A stretch of DNA of 64,000 nucleotides, taken from positions 1-64,000 of the forward strand of contig CBDAOI010000001.1 of NCBI GenBank assembly GCA_965198005.1. Direction: 5' to 3'. Position numbers and translations under genes: made by a program. The stretch is from Spirochaetia bacterium (GTDB lineage: Bacteria; Spirochaetota; Spirochaetia; SZUA-6; Bin103). Below the pieces are notes generated by a model that had not been told where the DNA came from, searched no databases, and saw only the letters and a list, made by a program, of their open reading frames with translations. Positions 1 through 9,080 of the stretch are shown here, piece by piece; position 1 is the first letter of the stretch; each line of letters opens with the position of its first letter.

Positions 1-520
1 CCCAACTTCTGGCTGGGTATCATGGTGATGATCTACCCGGCTATCTGGTGGGGCTGGGCGCCGCCGCTGGAACTGGTTTCCTTCACCGAAAACCCGCTAG
101 GGAATCTGGCGGTGTTCATCATTCCCAGCCTGATTCTGGGCACCGCCGCGGCTGCCGCCACGATGCGGATGACGCGCACCATGATGCTGGAGGTGCTGCG
201 GCAGGATTTTATCAGGACGGCCTGGGCGAAGGGCTTGCGGGAGCGGGCCGTGGTAATCCGACACGCGGTCAAGAATGCCCTCATCCCGGTGGTGTCCCTG
301 ATCGGCCTGCAGTTGCCGATTCTGGTGGGGGGGCTCGGTGATCATGGAGAACATCTTCAACCTGCCGGGGCTCGGGCGCCTCTTGCTGACTGCCCTCAAT
401 GACAGAGACTACCCGATGGTCTCCGGCATCAACCTGTTTTTCGCCACTGGGGTGGTAGGGATCAATCTGCTCATCGACCTGGTCTACGCGGTCCTCGACC
501 CCAGAGTGCGCTATGAATGA
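1..520 (+). CDS. ABC permease OppB/DppB-like, 5'-partial, frameshift in G-run near 327
   Basis: EAA motif (RTAWAKGL.ER.V..RHA.KNA) and DPRVRY terminus split over ORFs 22..402 and 338..520; near copy of 7428-7948. Confidence 0.9.
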
Positions 521-1080
521 TTTCTTTGTCAGACTGGTCAAGGAGAAGCCACTGAGCATCATCGCCGGGGTTATCATCCTGCTGCTGATCCTGGTGGCGA
601 TCCTTGCCGACGTGCTGGCGCCGTTCCCGCATGATGAAGTGAACATCGTGGACCGGATGCAGGCCCCCTCGGCCCGGTACCTGCTGGGGACCGACCAGTT
701 GGGGCGCGACCTGCTGAGCCGCCTGGTCTTCGGGGCCCGGATTTCGCTGACCGTCGGCCTGGCGGCGACCACGGTCAACGTCGTGGTGGCGGTGCTGATC
801 GGCGGCATCTCGGGGTTCTTCGGCGGCAAACTGGACCTGGCGGTGCAGAGATTCGTCGACGCCTGGATGGCGTTCCCGGGGCTGCTGCTGTTGCTCACGA
901 TAATGTCGCTGGTGGGGCGGGGCGTGCTGCCGCAGATCATCGTGGTGCTGGGGGTAACGGGCGGCATTGGCGCCTCGAGAGTGGTCCGCGGTGCGGTGAT
1001 CGGGGTAAAGGAGAACATCTATTTTCAGGCGGCAGAGGCGATCGGCAGCACCAGGTGGAGAACCCTCATGCGCCACGTGC
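513..1080 (+). pseudogene. ABC permease OppC/DppC-like, 3'-truncated
   Basis: LLGTDQLGRD motif; almost identical to 9073-9634, then breaks into unrelated sequence after RHV. Confidence 0.85.
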
Positions 1081-1452
1081 CGGCGTTCATCAAGGCGACG
1101 CCCGGCCCGGTGGGTGTCACCACGACGATGGCGTCGTGTTGGCGCGCGCGGCGCGCATCGAGGAAGCGGGGCGTCGGCCCGGCACCCAGCTCGGTTACGC
1201 CGATGACCGAGCCGGAGCCCAGGGCACCCAACGGGCCTGAGACACCCTCCGGCCCGGTCAGGCCGCCGTCGAACAGGGGTACGCCCGCGGCCCTGCGGCC
1301 GCCGGTCTCCACGTAGGCCAAGCCGGGGTCGAGGCGGTCGAAGGGAACTCTCTCCAGCGTCGGCTCAAGGCCGCCGCCGGCGGCCCTGTCGGCCAGCCAC
1401 CGCGCCGAGGCGCCAGTACCATATTCGAACGCCCGAGATTCCATGCAGGCGT

Positions 1453-1690
1453 TCACCCGCGCAGGCATGGCACGTTGTAGCGGGGGATCGTGGCGTCGCG
1501 GGTGACGATGGTCAGACCCTCCGGACGAGCTTGCGCGATCCGGATGCGGTCGAAGGGGTCACCATGGATCGCCGGCAACTCGGCCACCGCCAGCGCGTGG
1601 CGGACCGTGATCGGCAGGTGCTGAAAGCGCTCCTGTTCGAGTGCGGTTTCGAGATCGTCCGGCGCCTCCAGCTTCAAGTCCAAGGAGAGC
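1453..1690 (-). pseudogene. PIN-domain VapC toxin, C-terminal part
   Basis: LP.IHGDPFDRI.IAQA..EGLTIVTRD motif. Confidence 0.8.
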
Positions 1691-1766
1691 AAGCCGCATC
1701 CGGCGATGGGTCCAGCGCCGGCGCGCCGTTGTGATACGGCGGGGGATTGGGTAAGGTCGCGCCACT

Positions 1767-3587
1767 GTGGATCAGCCGGCACGGTCACCCGGTAAGACGG
1801 AAGACCTTGAACAGCGACGCGCGGCCACCGGGGCAGCTTCTTCGGGTCACGTGACCGCCGCGATCACGCGCATCGTCCGCGCGGCGGTGCACCAGGTAGC
1901 CGCCGCCAACGCGCAGCCGGGTACGACCAGCCCCGATCCAGCCGCCGGCGCCGCCCTGGAGATCCCGCTCACCACGCCGCCCGACCCGGCGCTCGGCGAC
2001 TACGCGGTGCCGTGCTTCCGCCTCGCGCAACAGGTCGCCCAGAAGCCGGTGGCGCTGGCGGCTCAACTTCTGCATCTGCTTCAGCAAACCGATCTGGCGG
2101 CGCTCGGCATCGCCCGGGTGGAAACCCGCGGCCCCTACCTCAACTTCCACCTGCGCAAGGGCGACCTCGCGGCGCGGGTCATCAGCACCGTGCTGGAGCA
2201 GGGCGAGCGCTACGGCGCCACCGGGTCGGGGCTGGGCCAACAGGCGCTGGTGGAGCACACCAGCATCAATCCCAACGCCTCCCCCCACCTGGGGCGCGCG
2301 CGCAACGCCTGGATCGGCGACACCCTGGTACGGCTGCTCCGATTCGAGGGCTACGGCCTGCAGGTCCGCTTCTTCGTCAACGACGTCGGCCGCCAGATCG
2401 CGCTGCTCACCCTGGGCGTGGGGGATGCCACCCCCACGTTTGCCGAGCTGCTGGAAATCTACGTGGGAATGAACCGCCGGCTCGAGCGGGAACCGGAGTT
2501 GACCGACCAGGTGGACAAGCTGCTCGAGCGCCTGGAGAGCGGCGATCAATCCACGCGCGCCGCGTTTCGGCGCGTGGTGGAGATCTCGGTGCGCGGCATG
2601 GAACAGATTTTCGCCGACGCCGGCGTGCACTACGACCGCTTCGATTACGAATCGGACTACCTCACGCCCGCCCGCTACCTCGAGATCGTGGAGCGGCTGC
2701 GCGCCACCGGCAAGCTGTTCGAGGATGAGCACGGCCGCCTGGTACTCGACCTGGACGGGTTCGACCTCCCGTCACGCAACCCGGTGCTGGTGATCACCCG
2801 CGGCAACAAGACCTCGCTCTACGTGCTGCGCGATATCGCCTACACCCTGGACAAGGTGGCCGCGGCCGCCGATCTCAACCTGGTGGTGCTGGGCGAGGAT
2901 CAGAAGCTGTACCACCGCCAGCTCCAGGCGGCGCTCTCCCTGCTGGGGTCCGCCGCCCCGGCCGCCGTCCACTACAGCTACGTGATCCTGGGCAAGGAGT
3001 CGATGTCCACCCGCCAGGGCAACGTCGTGCTGCTCGAGGAGTTCACGGCCGAGGCCAAGCGCAAGGCCGCGGCCGAGCTGGCCGCCCGCGGCCACCCTGC
3101 CGACCCGGTGGTGGCGGCGACGGTGGCATACAGCGCGCTGAAGTACTCCTTCCTGCGCGTGGCCAACGACAAGCAGGTGGTGTTCGACTGGGCCAGCGCG
3201 ATGTCGTTCGAGGGGGAGAGCGGTCCCTACCTGCTGTACAGCCACGCACGCATCTGCTCGATCCTGCGCAAGTACGGCGGCGCCCTTCCGGCTGCGGCCG
3301 ACACCGCGTTCGCGGCGCTGGAGATGGTCGAGGAGCTGGAGTTGGTCAAGCTGCTTGAGACGCTCCCGGAGCAGGTAACGCGCGCCCTGCGGGTGCGCAG
3401 TCCGCACGTCATCGCCGGCTACACCTTCGCAGTGGCCCGCCAGTTCTCGACCTTCTACCACGCGTGCCCGATCCTGCAAGCGCCGCCGCCGCTGCGTGAG
3501 GCGCGCCTGCTGCTGGCGGCCGCCACCCGTCAGGTGCTGGCCAACTGCCTCAGGCTGATCGGGATCGACCCCCTGGAGCGGATGTAG
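1767..3587 (+). CDS. argS: Arginine--tRNA ligase (true start possibly GTG near 1850)
   Basis: GDY N-terminal motif, EHTSINPN..PHLGRARN (HIGH-like), MSTRQG, F.G.SGPYL.Y.HARI.SI, DALR domain ending LERM. Confidence 0.95.
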   Translation: MDQPARSPGKTEDLEQRRAATGAASSGHVTAAITRIVRAAVHQVAAANAQPGTTSPDPAAGAALEIPLTTPPDPALGDYAVPCFRLAQQVAQKPVALAAQLLHLLQQTDLAALGIARVETRGPYLNFHLRKGDLAARVISTVLEQGERYGATGSGLGQQALVEHTSINPNASPHLGRARNAWIGDTLVRLLRFEGYGLQVRFFVNDVGRQIALLTLGVGDATPTFAELLEIYVGMNRRLEREPELTDQVDKLLERLESGDQSTRAAFRRVVEISVRGMEQIFADAGVHYDRFDYESDYLTPARYLEIVERLRATGKLFEDEHGRLVLDLDGFDLPSRNPVLVITRGNKTSLYVLRDIAYTLDKVAAAADLNLVVLGEDQKLYHRQLQAALSLLGSAAPAAVHYSYVILGKESMSTRQGNVVLLEEFTAEAKRKAAAELAARGHPADPVVAATVAYSALKYSFLRVANDKQVVFDWASAMSFEGESGPYLLYSHARICSILRKYGGALPAAADTAFAALEMVEELELVKLLETLPEQVTRALRVRSPHVIAGYTFAVARQFSTFYHACPILQAPPPLREARLLLAAATRQVLANCLRLIGIDPLERM

Positions 3588-3621
3588 CGGTCCACCCCAC
3601 GGCCGGTCAGGAAGGCAGCGA

Positions 3622-3890
3622 TTGCGGCACATCCACCAACTGGCGCTAACGGATCTGGTGTACCCGGGGGCTACGCACAAGAGATTTGAACACTCGCTTG
3701 GCGTAATGGAGCTTGCCAGTCGCGTGTTCGATGTCGTGACACACCCCGACAATCTGACTGATGACATCAAGAGGCTCCTGAAGCCGCTCACATCGCCGGA
3801 TAAGTTGTCATACTGGCGACGAGTCTTGCGGATGGCAGCGCTGTGTCACGATGTCGGTCACCTGCCGTTCTCCCACGCAAGTGAAGAGCT
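3622..3890 (+). pseudogene. HD-domain phosphohydrolase fragment
   Basis: YPGATHKRFEHSLGV and AALCHDVGHLPFSHASE motifs; truncated at both ends. Confidence 0.8.
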
Positions 3891-3899
3891 CTTCGCCAT

Positions 3900-4200
3900 G
3901 ACAGATATACACACAAAGGCGGTGCACCGGACTTCCCGGTGTTGAGCGACGCCGGCTACCGTGCCGTGCAGCGCATCCGTAACGACCATCCCCGGCTGGC
4001 TGCGGTGATCGTCGCCGATAGTCTGTACTCCAAGCAACCGTTATCGAACAGGTGCGCGCCGCCCGCTGCTCGTTTCTGCTGGTGGCCAAACCGGAGGATC
4101 ACACCAGCCTGTACCAGGATATCGAAGGGCTGCGCCGCGGTCGGCTGCGTCGGACCGGGTACCGCGCGTACCGCGTTCGGGTAACCGCGCCGGGAGACCT
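3900..4200 (+). mobile_element. DDE transposase remnant (ISNCY-like)
   Basis: IVADSLYSKQP and FLLVAKPEDHTSL segments in shifted frames. Confidence 0.5.
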
Positions 4201-4634
4201 GGCAGGGGGACTGGTGTGCTCCCTGCGCCGCCGGCAGGCGCTTGCTGCACGGCTCCACCCTGGGCGCCGGTGTGGGTCAACCGGCGCGCCCTGCCAGCTG
4301 ACCCCACGACGCTGCCTGTGCCCGGTCGCTTACCGCCACCTCCGACGACACCTCACCGGGCAATCGACCGAAAGTGTTCGGGGGATGACAGGGACGCGGG
4401 CAGTGTTCGGTATTCCATGACAGAGTAAGCAGATAGCTCTTCGGAAGGGGGCGCGAGGGAAGCAGATGTCGAACGGGTCCCATCCACGTCACCGAATTTA
4501 GGTTTGACAACCACCGGAATAAGCCTTACAATACTCATTGTGCTGTTAGTCTCGGTGAGTGGCCGCGGCGCGAGGCATGAGGCGATCGTGTGGGAGAGTT
4601 CCTACCGGCTGGCGGGGGCCACCTGAATGCCCGC

Positions 4635-4663
4635 TTGACTGTTTGCCGCGCGTGTGGCAGACT
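4635..4663 (+). promoter_or_regulatory. Putative sigma70 promoter of ABC cluster 1
   Basis: TTGACT-N17-CAGACT; spacer resembles those at 37302 and 58294. Confidence 0.5.
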
Positions 4664-4938
4664 GCGTTCTCATGGGCACGGTGATGCGTGACGACACGTC
4701 CCAGCGCTCCCACCGGTTAGCGGTAACGCAGCCGGTGCATCCTACCACCACCACTACCCGTTCACCGAGAACTGCGGCTTCGCCTGCAGCACCGGGGGAG
4801 CGGCCGGCTCCGCGTGGCGCCGGCTCAGTCCACTGCATCCCCGACCACGACACACCGTCGCAGAACCAACCGCCGGCGTTGCCGGTCAATCACATCCATT
4901 ACAACCCTGCCGGTATTCCCGGCGCACAGGAGGTGCAC

Positions 4939-4974
4939 ATGGTACTCAAACAACCGCACGTGCGCGCGGCGTGA
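4939..4974 (+). CDS. Leader peptide uORF MVLKQPHVRAA
   Basis: SD GGAGGTG just upstream; homologous uORFs at 22208, 37367 and 43555. Confidence 0.7.
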   Translation: MVLKQPHVRAA

Positions 4975-5083
4975 GCCCGCTGAGTTACACGCCGCGCGCA
5001 CGTGCAGATTGGACTCGGTCTGGCCGCCTGCAACGCGGGCATGAGAGTAGCCAGAAAGCGGCAATCCGCTCCGCAATACTCTC
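4956..5083 (+). ncRNA. Structured cis-regulatory leader RNA, copy A
   Basis: Perfect 18-bp stem 4956-4973/4988-5005 plus further pairings conserved in other copies. Confidence 0.7.
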
Positions 5084-5108
5084 GAAAAATCCACATACGG
5101 AGAAACGT

Positions 5109-6884
5109 ATGAACATTGTAATAATCAGAATGACCTTCGCGATTGCGTTGGTCCTCGTCGTTACCGCAACCGGCCTGTGGGCCGCTGGCGCAGAAGAGGA
5201 GTCGGCGTCCGCCGCCGACAAGGAAATGGTGCTCGACCCGACCACCGGCAAGATGGTGACCGCGCCAGAGTACGGCGGGACCATAACCCTCGCCGCAGTC
5301 GAAGAGCAGATGAGTTCTGACACCGCGGAATCTGGCCCCAATGGATCTGGCATGGTCTCTGGCGTAGTAGAGAAGCTGGCCTTCGCGGACTGGGCAACGC
5401 CCAGGGACGAATTTGACTTCCAGTTTCTCAACGTTCCAGCTAACACGAGAGGTCAACTGGCGGAAAGCTGGTCGCAGCCCGACCCACTGACCCTCGTCAT
5501 AAACGTCCGCCAGGGAGTTCACTGGCACGACAAGGCACCGATGAACGGTCGGGAGCTGATTGCCGATGATATCGTATTTAACTTTCACCGCGTATTTGGT
5601 ATGGGCAGCGGATTCACCGAAGCTAGCGAATGGCTTCAAGACTGGGCCGGTGTCGAATTTGAATCGATAACGGCCACCGACCAGTGGACGGTTGAGTTCA
5701 AGTTGAAACAGCTAAGCCTCACTGCGCTGCGGCTTGTCCTCGACCACTGGATTTCTAACATATATCCCCCCGAGGTACTCCAGGAACACCGTGACATGCT
5801 CGATTGGCGGAACCTGGTCGGCACCGGGCCTTATGAGGCGACTGAATGGGTCGGGGCCAGCTCTGAGACATATACCAAGAATCCTGACTACTGGGGCTTC
5901 GACGAAAAATATCCGGAGAACCGCCTGCCCTATGCCGACCAGATAAGGGTCCTGATTATGCCCGAAGTGGCCACAATGCTGTCGGCGCTGCGCACCGGTA
6001 AGGTCGATCGTGGATACACATTGAGGACTATCGACCAGGTAGAGGGCCTCGAGAGGACCAACCCCGAACTCGAGATCTGGCCAATTTACGGTCGGGCGGA
6101 TTACATGTTCGGCATGGACAACATTAATCCGCCCTTTAACGACATCAGGGTGCGCAAGGCAATGCAGATGGCACTAAACCTCGAGGAAATCAACAGCGCC
6201 TACTTTGGAGATTATGCAGATATGATACCTCAGGGGCTGTTGAACCGGTTAATGACCGAGGTTGTCTTCCAATTTGAAGAGTGGCCCGAAGATGTCAAGA
6301 AGGTCTTCGACTACGACCCGGAAGGTGCCGAAGCGTTGCTCGATGAGGCCGGATATCCTCGCGGCGCCGACGGTACCAGATTCACGGTCGAGTTCATGCA
6401 CCTCAATCGGTATTCTGTGACCTGGCCAGAATTAGTCGGTTCATACTGGAAAAAGATTGGCGTTGATATTGAGATCGAGGTACTGCCTATAAACCCATGG
6501 GTGGCGAGAAGCAGAGCGAAGGATTTCCAAATAAAGAATTTGTCCGGCGCCGCAAAGTGGTTCCCAATGCCATACTTGAGTGGCCAGCTGACGGAGGCTG
6601 GATTTTACGGCTCCGTTAACGCCGACGCGGATTATGATGCCATGTCTGAAGCCGCCGGAGCCGCTACCACCACCGAGGAGCAGAACAGGATTTATAGACA
6701 GATGAATCAGCATGTGATAGAGAACTTCTATGCGATATGGGCTGGCAATGCGCCAACGTATCAGGTAACCCAGCCCTGGCTCAAAGGTTATAACGGTGAA
6801 AACTGGATGGGAAACGGTCAACGGCTCCCAGTCTTCGCCCGCCTCTGGATTGACCAGGATCTGAAGAGAGAAATGGGCTTTTAG
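5109..6884 (+). CDS. ABC substrate-binding protein, family 5
   Basis: Signal peptide, YGGTIT, LAESW, VGTGPY, PFNDIRVRKA, A..LLDEAGYP motifs. Confidence 0.93.
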   Translation: MNIVIIRMTFAIALVLVVTATGLWAAGAEEESASAADKEMVLDPTTGKMVTAPEYGGTITLAAVEEQMSSDTAESGPNGSGMVSGVVEKLAFADWATPRDEFDFQFLNVPANTRGQLAESWSQPDPLTLVINVRQGVHWHDKAPMNGRELIADDIVFNFHRVFGMGSGFTEASEWLQDWAGVEFESITATDQWTVEFKLKQLSLTALRLVLDHWISNIYPPEVLQEHRDMLDWRNLVGTGPYEATEWVGASSETYTKNPDYWGFDEKYPENRLPYADQIRVLIMPEVATMLSALRTGKVDRGYTLRTIDQVEGLERTNPELEIWPIYGRADYMFGMDNINPPFNDIRVRKAMQMALNLEEINSAYFGDYADMIPQGLLNRLMTEVVFQFEEWPEDVKKVFDYDPEGAEALLDEAGYPRGADGTRFTVEFMHLNRYSVTWPELVGSYWKKIGVDIEIEVLPINPWVARSRAKDFQIKNLSGAAKWFPMPYLSGQLTEAGFYGSVNADADYDAMSEAAGAATTTEEQNRIYRQMNQHVIENFYAIWAGNAPTYQVTQPWLKGYNGENWMGNGQRLPVFARLWIDQDLKREMGF

Positions 6885-6914
6885 GGGTTCGCCTCTACCG
6901 ATCTCAGTCAAAGT

Positions 6915-6961
6915 GGAGCTGGGAGGCGCCCGTTTCGCATGCGAGCGCGCTTCCCGGCTCC
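6915..6961 (+). promoter_or_regulatory. Intergenic stem-loop between SBP and permease
   Basis: GGAGCTGGGAGGCG...CGCTTCCCGGCTCC; homologous at 24230, 29762 and 43638. Confidence 0.65.
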
Positions 6962-6988
6962 CTTGCTCATTGAAAACGAGGTGTCCGC

Positions 6989-7948
6989 ATGAAAGCCTAT
7001 ATCATTAGGCGGCTGTTGCTGATTCTGCCCACGCTGTTCATCTTGACCATCCTGGTCTTTCTCTCTGTCCGTTTCATCCCCGGCGATGTAATAGACACGA
7101 TACAAGGTAGGATTATGTGGACAGCACCGGGCGGAGTTGACCGGGAAGCTCTTCTCCATAAGCTGGGATTGGACGTGCCTGTGTACGTGCAGTATGGACG
7201 CTGGATCGGCGATATTGTCCTGCACGGCTCTCTCGGCGAGTCCCTGCTGACTGGTTTCGCAGTAGGGGAGGCGATATTAGAGAGACTGCCGGTCACCCTT
7301 GAGCTTGGTCTGCTGGCAATCCTCATCGGGCTGGTGATCGCGCTGCCGGTGGGCATCTACTCGGCGATTCGCCAGGATAGCGCCGCCGACTTTCTGGGGC
7401 GCTCGGTCGCCATCATCGGCCTGGCTACGCCGAACTTCTGGCTCGGCATCATGGTCATGATCTACCCGGCCATCTGGTGGGGCTGGTCACCACCGCTGGA
7501 GCTGGTTTCCTTTACCGAAGACCCGCTGGAGAATCTCTGGGGGTTCCTGATCCCGAGCCTGATTCTGGGAACGGCCGCGGCTGCCGCCACCATGCGGATG
7601 ACGCGCACCATGATGCTGGAGGTGCTGAGGCAGGACTATATTCGAACCGCCTGGTCCAAGGGGCTCAGGGAGCGGGCCGTGGTGATCCGACACGCCGTCA
7701 AGAACGCCCTCATCCCGGTGGTGTCCCTGATCGGCCTGCAGTTGCCGATCCTGGTCGGGGGCGCCGTGATCATGGAGAACATCTTCAACCTGCCGGGGCT
7801 CGGGCGCCTCCTGCTGAATGCCCTCAACGACAGAGACTACCCGATGGTCTCCGGCATCAACCTGTTCTTCGCCACTGGGGTGGTGGTGATCAATCTGCTC
7901 ATCGACGTGCTCTACGCCGTCCTGGACCCCAGGGTCCGCTATGACTGA
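6989..7948 (+). CDS. ABC permease OppB/DppB-like
   Basis: Full length, MKAYIIRRLL start, PGD and EAA motifs. Confidence 0.93.
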   Translation: MKAYIIRRLLLILPTLFILTILVFLSVRFIPGDVIDTIQGRIMWTAPGGVDREALLHKLGLDVPVYVQYGRWIGDIVLHGSLGESLLTGFAVGEAILERLPVTLELGLLAILIGLVIALPVGIYSAIRQDSAADFLGRSVAIIGLATPNFWLGIMVMIYPAIWWGWSPPLELVSFTEDPLENLWGFLIPSLILGTAAAAATMRMTRTMMLEVLRQDYIRTAWSKGLRERAVVIRHAVKNALIPVVSLIGLQLPILVGGAVIMENIFNLPGLGRLLLNALNDRDYPMVSGINLFFATGVVVINLLIDVLYAVLDPRVRYD

Positions 7949-8035
7949 GTTCTTGCGCAGGCTGGTCAAGGAGAAGCCTCTGAGCATCATCGCCGGGGTC
8001 GTCATCCTGCTGTTGATGCTCGTGGCGATCTTTAG
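7941..8035 (+). pseudogene. OppC-like N-terminal stub
   Basis: MTEFLRRLVKEKPLSIIAGV, then breaks off. Confidence 0.7.
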
Positions 8036-8138
8036 CGTAACTAAGCTGCAGGTGTATGGGTGACGACATGACCCAGCCCAGCCCCCGGCTAGCGCCGACT
8101 ACCCGACTACCCGACTACCGCGCGCCGCTAGCCCGGCG

Positions 8139-8265
8139 GCTATTCCGGAGGCGCGCCCGGAAACGCGGCCGACCAGGTCGACGAGCGCCGGGGGTGGGTA
8201 TGGGCGTGACTTGGCCGGTCAGCCCGAAGCGGCGCCAGGGCACCGCAGACCGAGTCGGCGAAGTG
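8139..8265. repeat. Dispersed ~125-bp repeat (copies at 31931 and 33051)
   Basis: Shared CTATTCCGGAGGCGCGCCCGGAA...CGACCAGGTC...GAAGC sequence. Confidence 0.8.
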
Positions 8266-8399
8266 TACCGAGTTAGGTGGTCCCGTAGAGCTGGCTCCGA
8301 GAAGCACGCCATGTATTCGCCGGGGCGACCGTTGGCGAAGCGGCGTGGCCGGGGACTTCACTCGAGCGCCTTCTGTTGGAGCAACCGGATGGCTTTCCA

Positions 8400-8790
8400 G
8401 ATCTTCGCAGCTTGGGGCCAGGGATGGGAAGGTGGCGGGGTAGTAGTTCCTGAGGACCATCAGAGCACTTGTATCGGCCACGTAGATCATCCCGCGGTTC
8501 GCTTGAGCAGATAATCCTCGAAGCGGGTCACGGTGTCCGCCTTCATCCCAAGCCGGTCAGAGAGGTCGCCGACCGTCATGTTCCTGCGTGGTACTGATAG
8601 AACGCTGCCCTCAGGAAGGTGTCGCTCCAGTAGGTGCCTTGGTTTGCGTAGTATGAACCGCCGCCGCCTCCTGCAGGGCCACCAAAGTAGTCTTGAGCCC
8701 ACCCCTCTACCATTTGCTCGTACGTGGACTGTGAAATGGAAACCGGCAGTGATAGTGACCCCCCCCCTGGCGGAGGTTGATGACGTACGT
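8400..8790 (-). pseudogene. Remnants of an ImmA/IrrE-type C-terminus and a DUF4411-like PIN N-terminus
   Basis: GGGGSYYANQ..YW...F...A segment; overlapping start MIYVADTSALM....YYP..FPSL. Confidence 0.5.
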
Positions 8791-8799
8791 CAGTTGGCG

Positions 8800-9080
8800 T
8801 CAGGGAGCGGGCGGTGGTGATCCGGCACGCCGTCAAGAATGCCCTGATCCCGGTGGTGACCCTGATCGGCCTGCAGTTGTCGATCCTGGTGGGGGGCGCC
8901 GTGATCATGGAGAACATCTTCAACCTGCCGCGACTCGGGCGCCTGTTGCTGACTGCCCTCAATGACCGAGACTATCCGATGGTCTCCGGCATCAACCTGT
9001 TCGCCACCGGGGTGGTGGTGATCAATCTGCTCATCGACCTGATCTATGGTATCCTGGACCCCAGAGTGCGCTATGAATGA
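8800..9080 (+). pseudogene. OppB-like 3' fragment
   Basis: RHAVKNALIP...DPRVRYE. Confidence 0.8.

Noticed and set aside
5019-5083. HDV-like ribozyme or known riboswitch (SAH, ZTP, preQ1)
   Set aside because: No P3/L3 between the P2 and P1 strands, and the consensus motifs I recall are absent; needs an Rfam scan
4971-5108. Open frame from the uORF region into SBP1, suggesting a programmed frameshift fusion
   Set aside because: Frame offset differs among copies A, B and C, and stops intervene in B and C; no slippery heptamer
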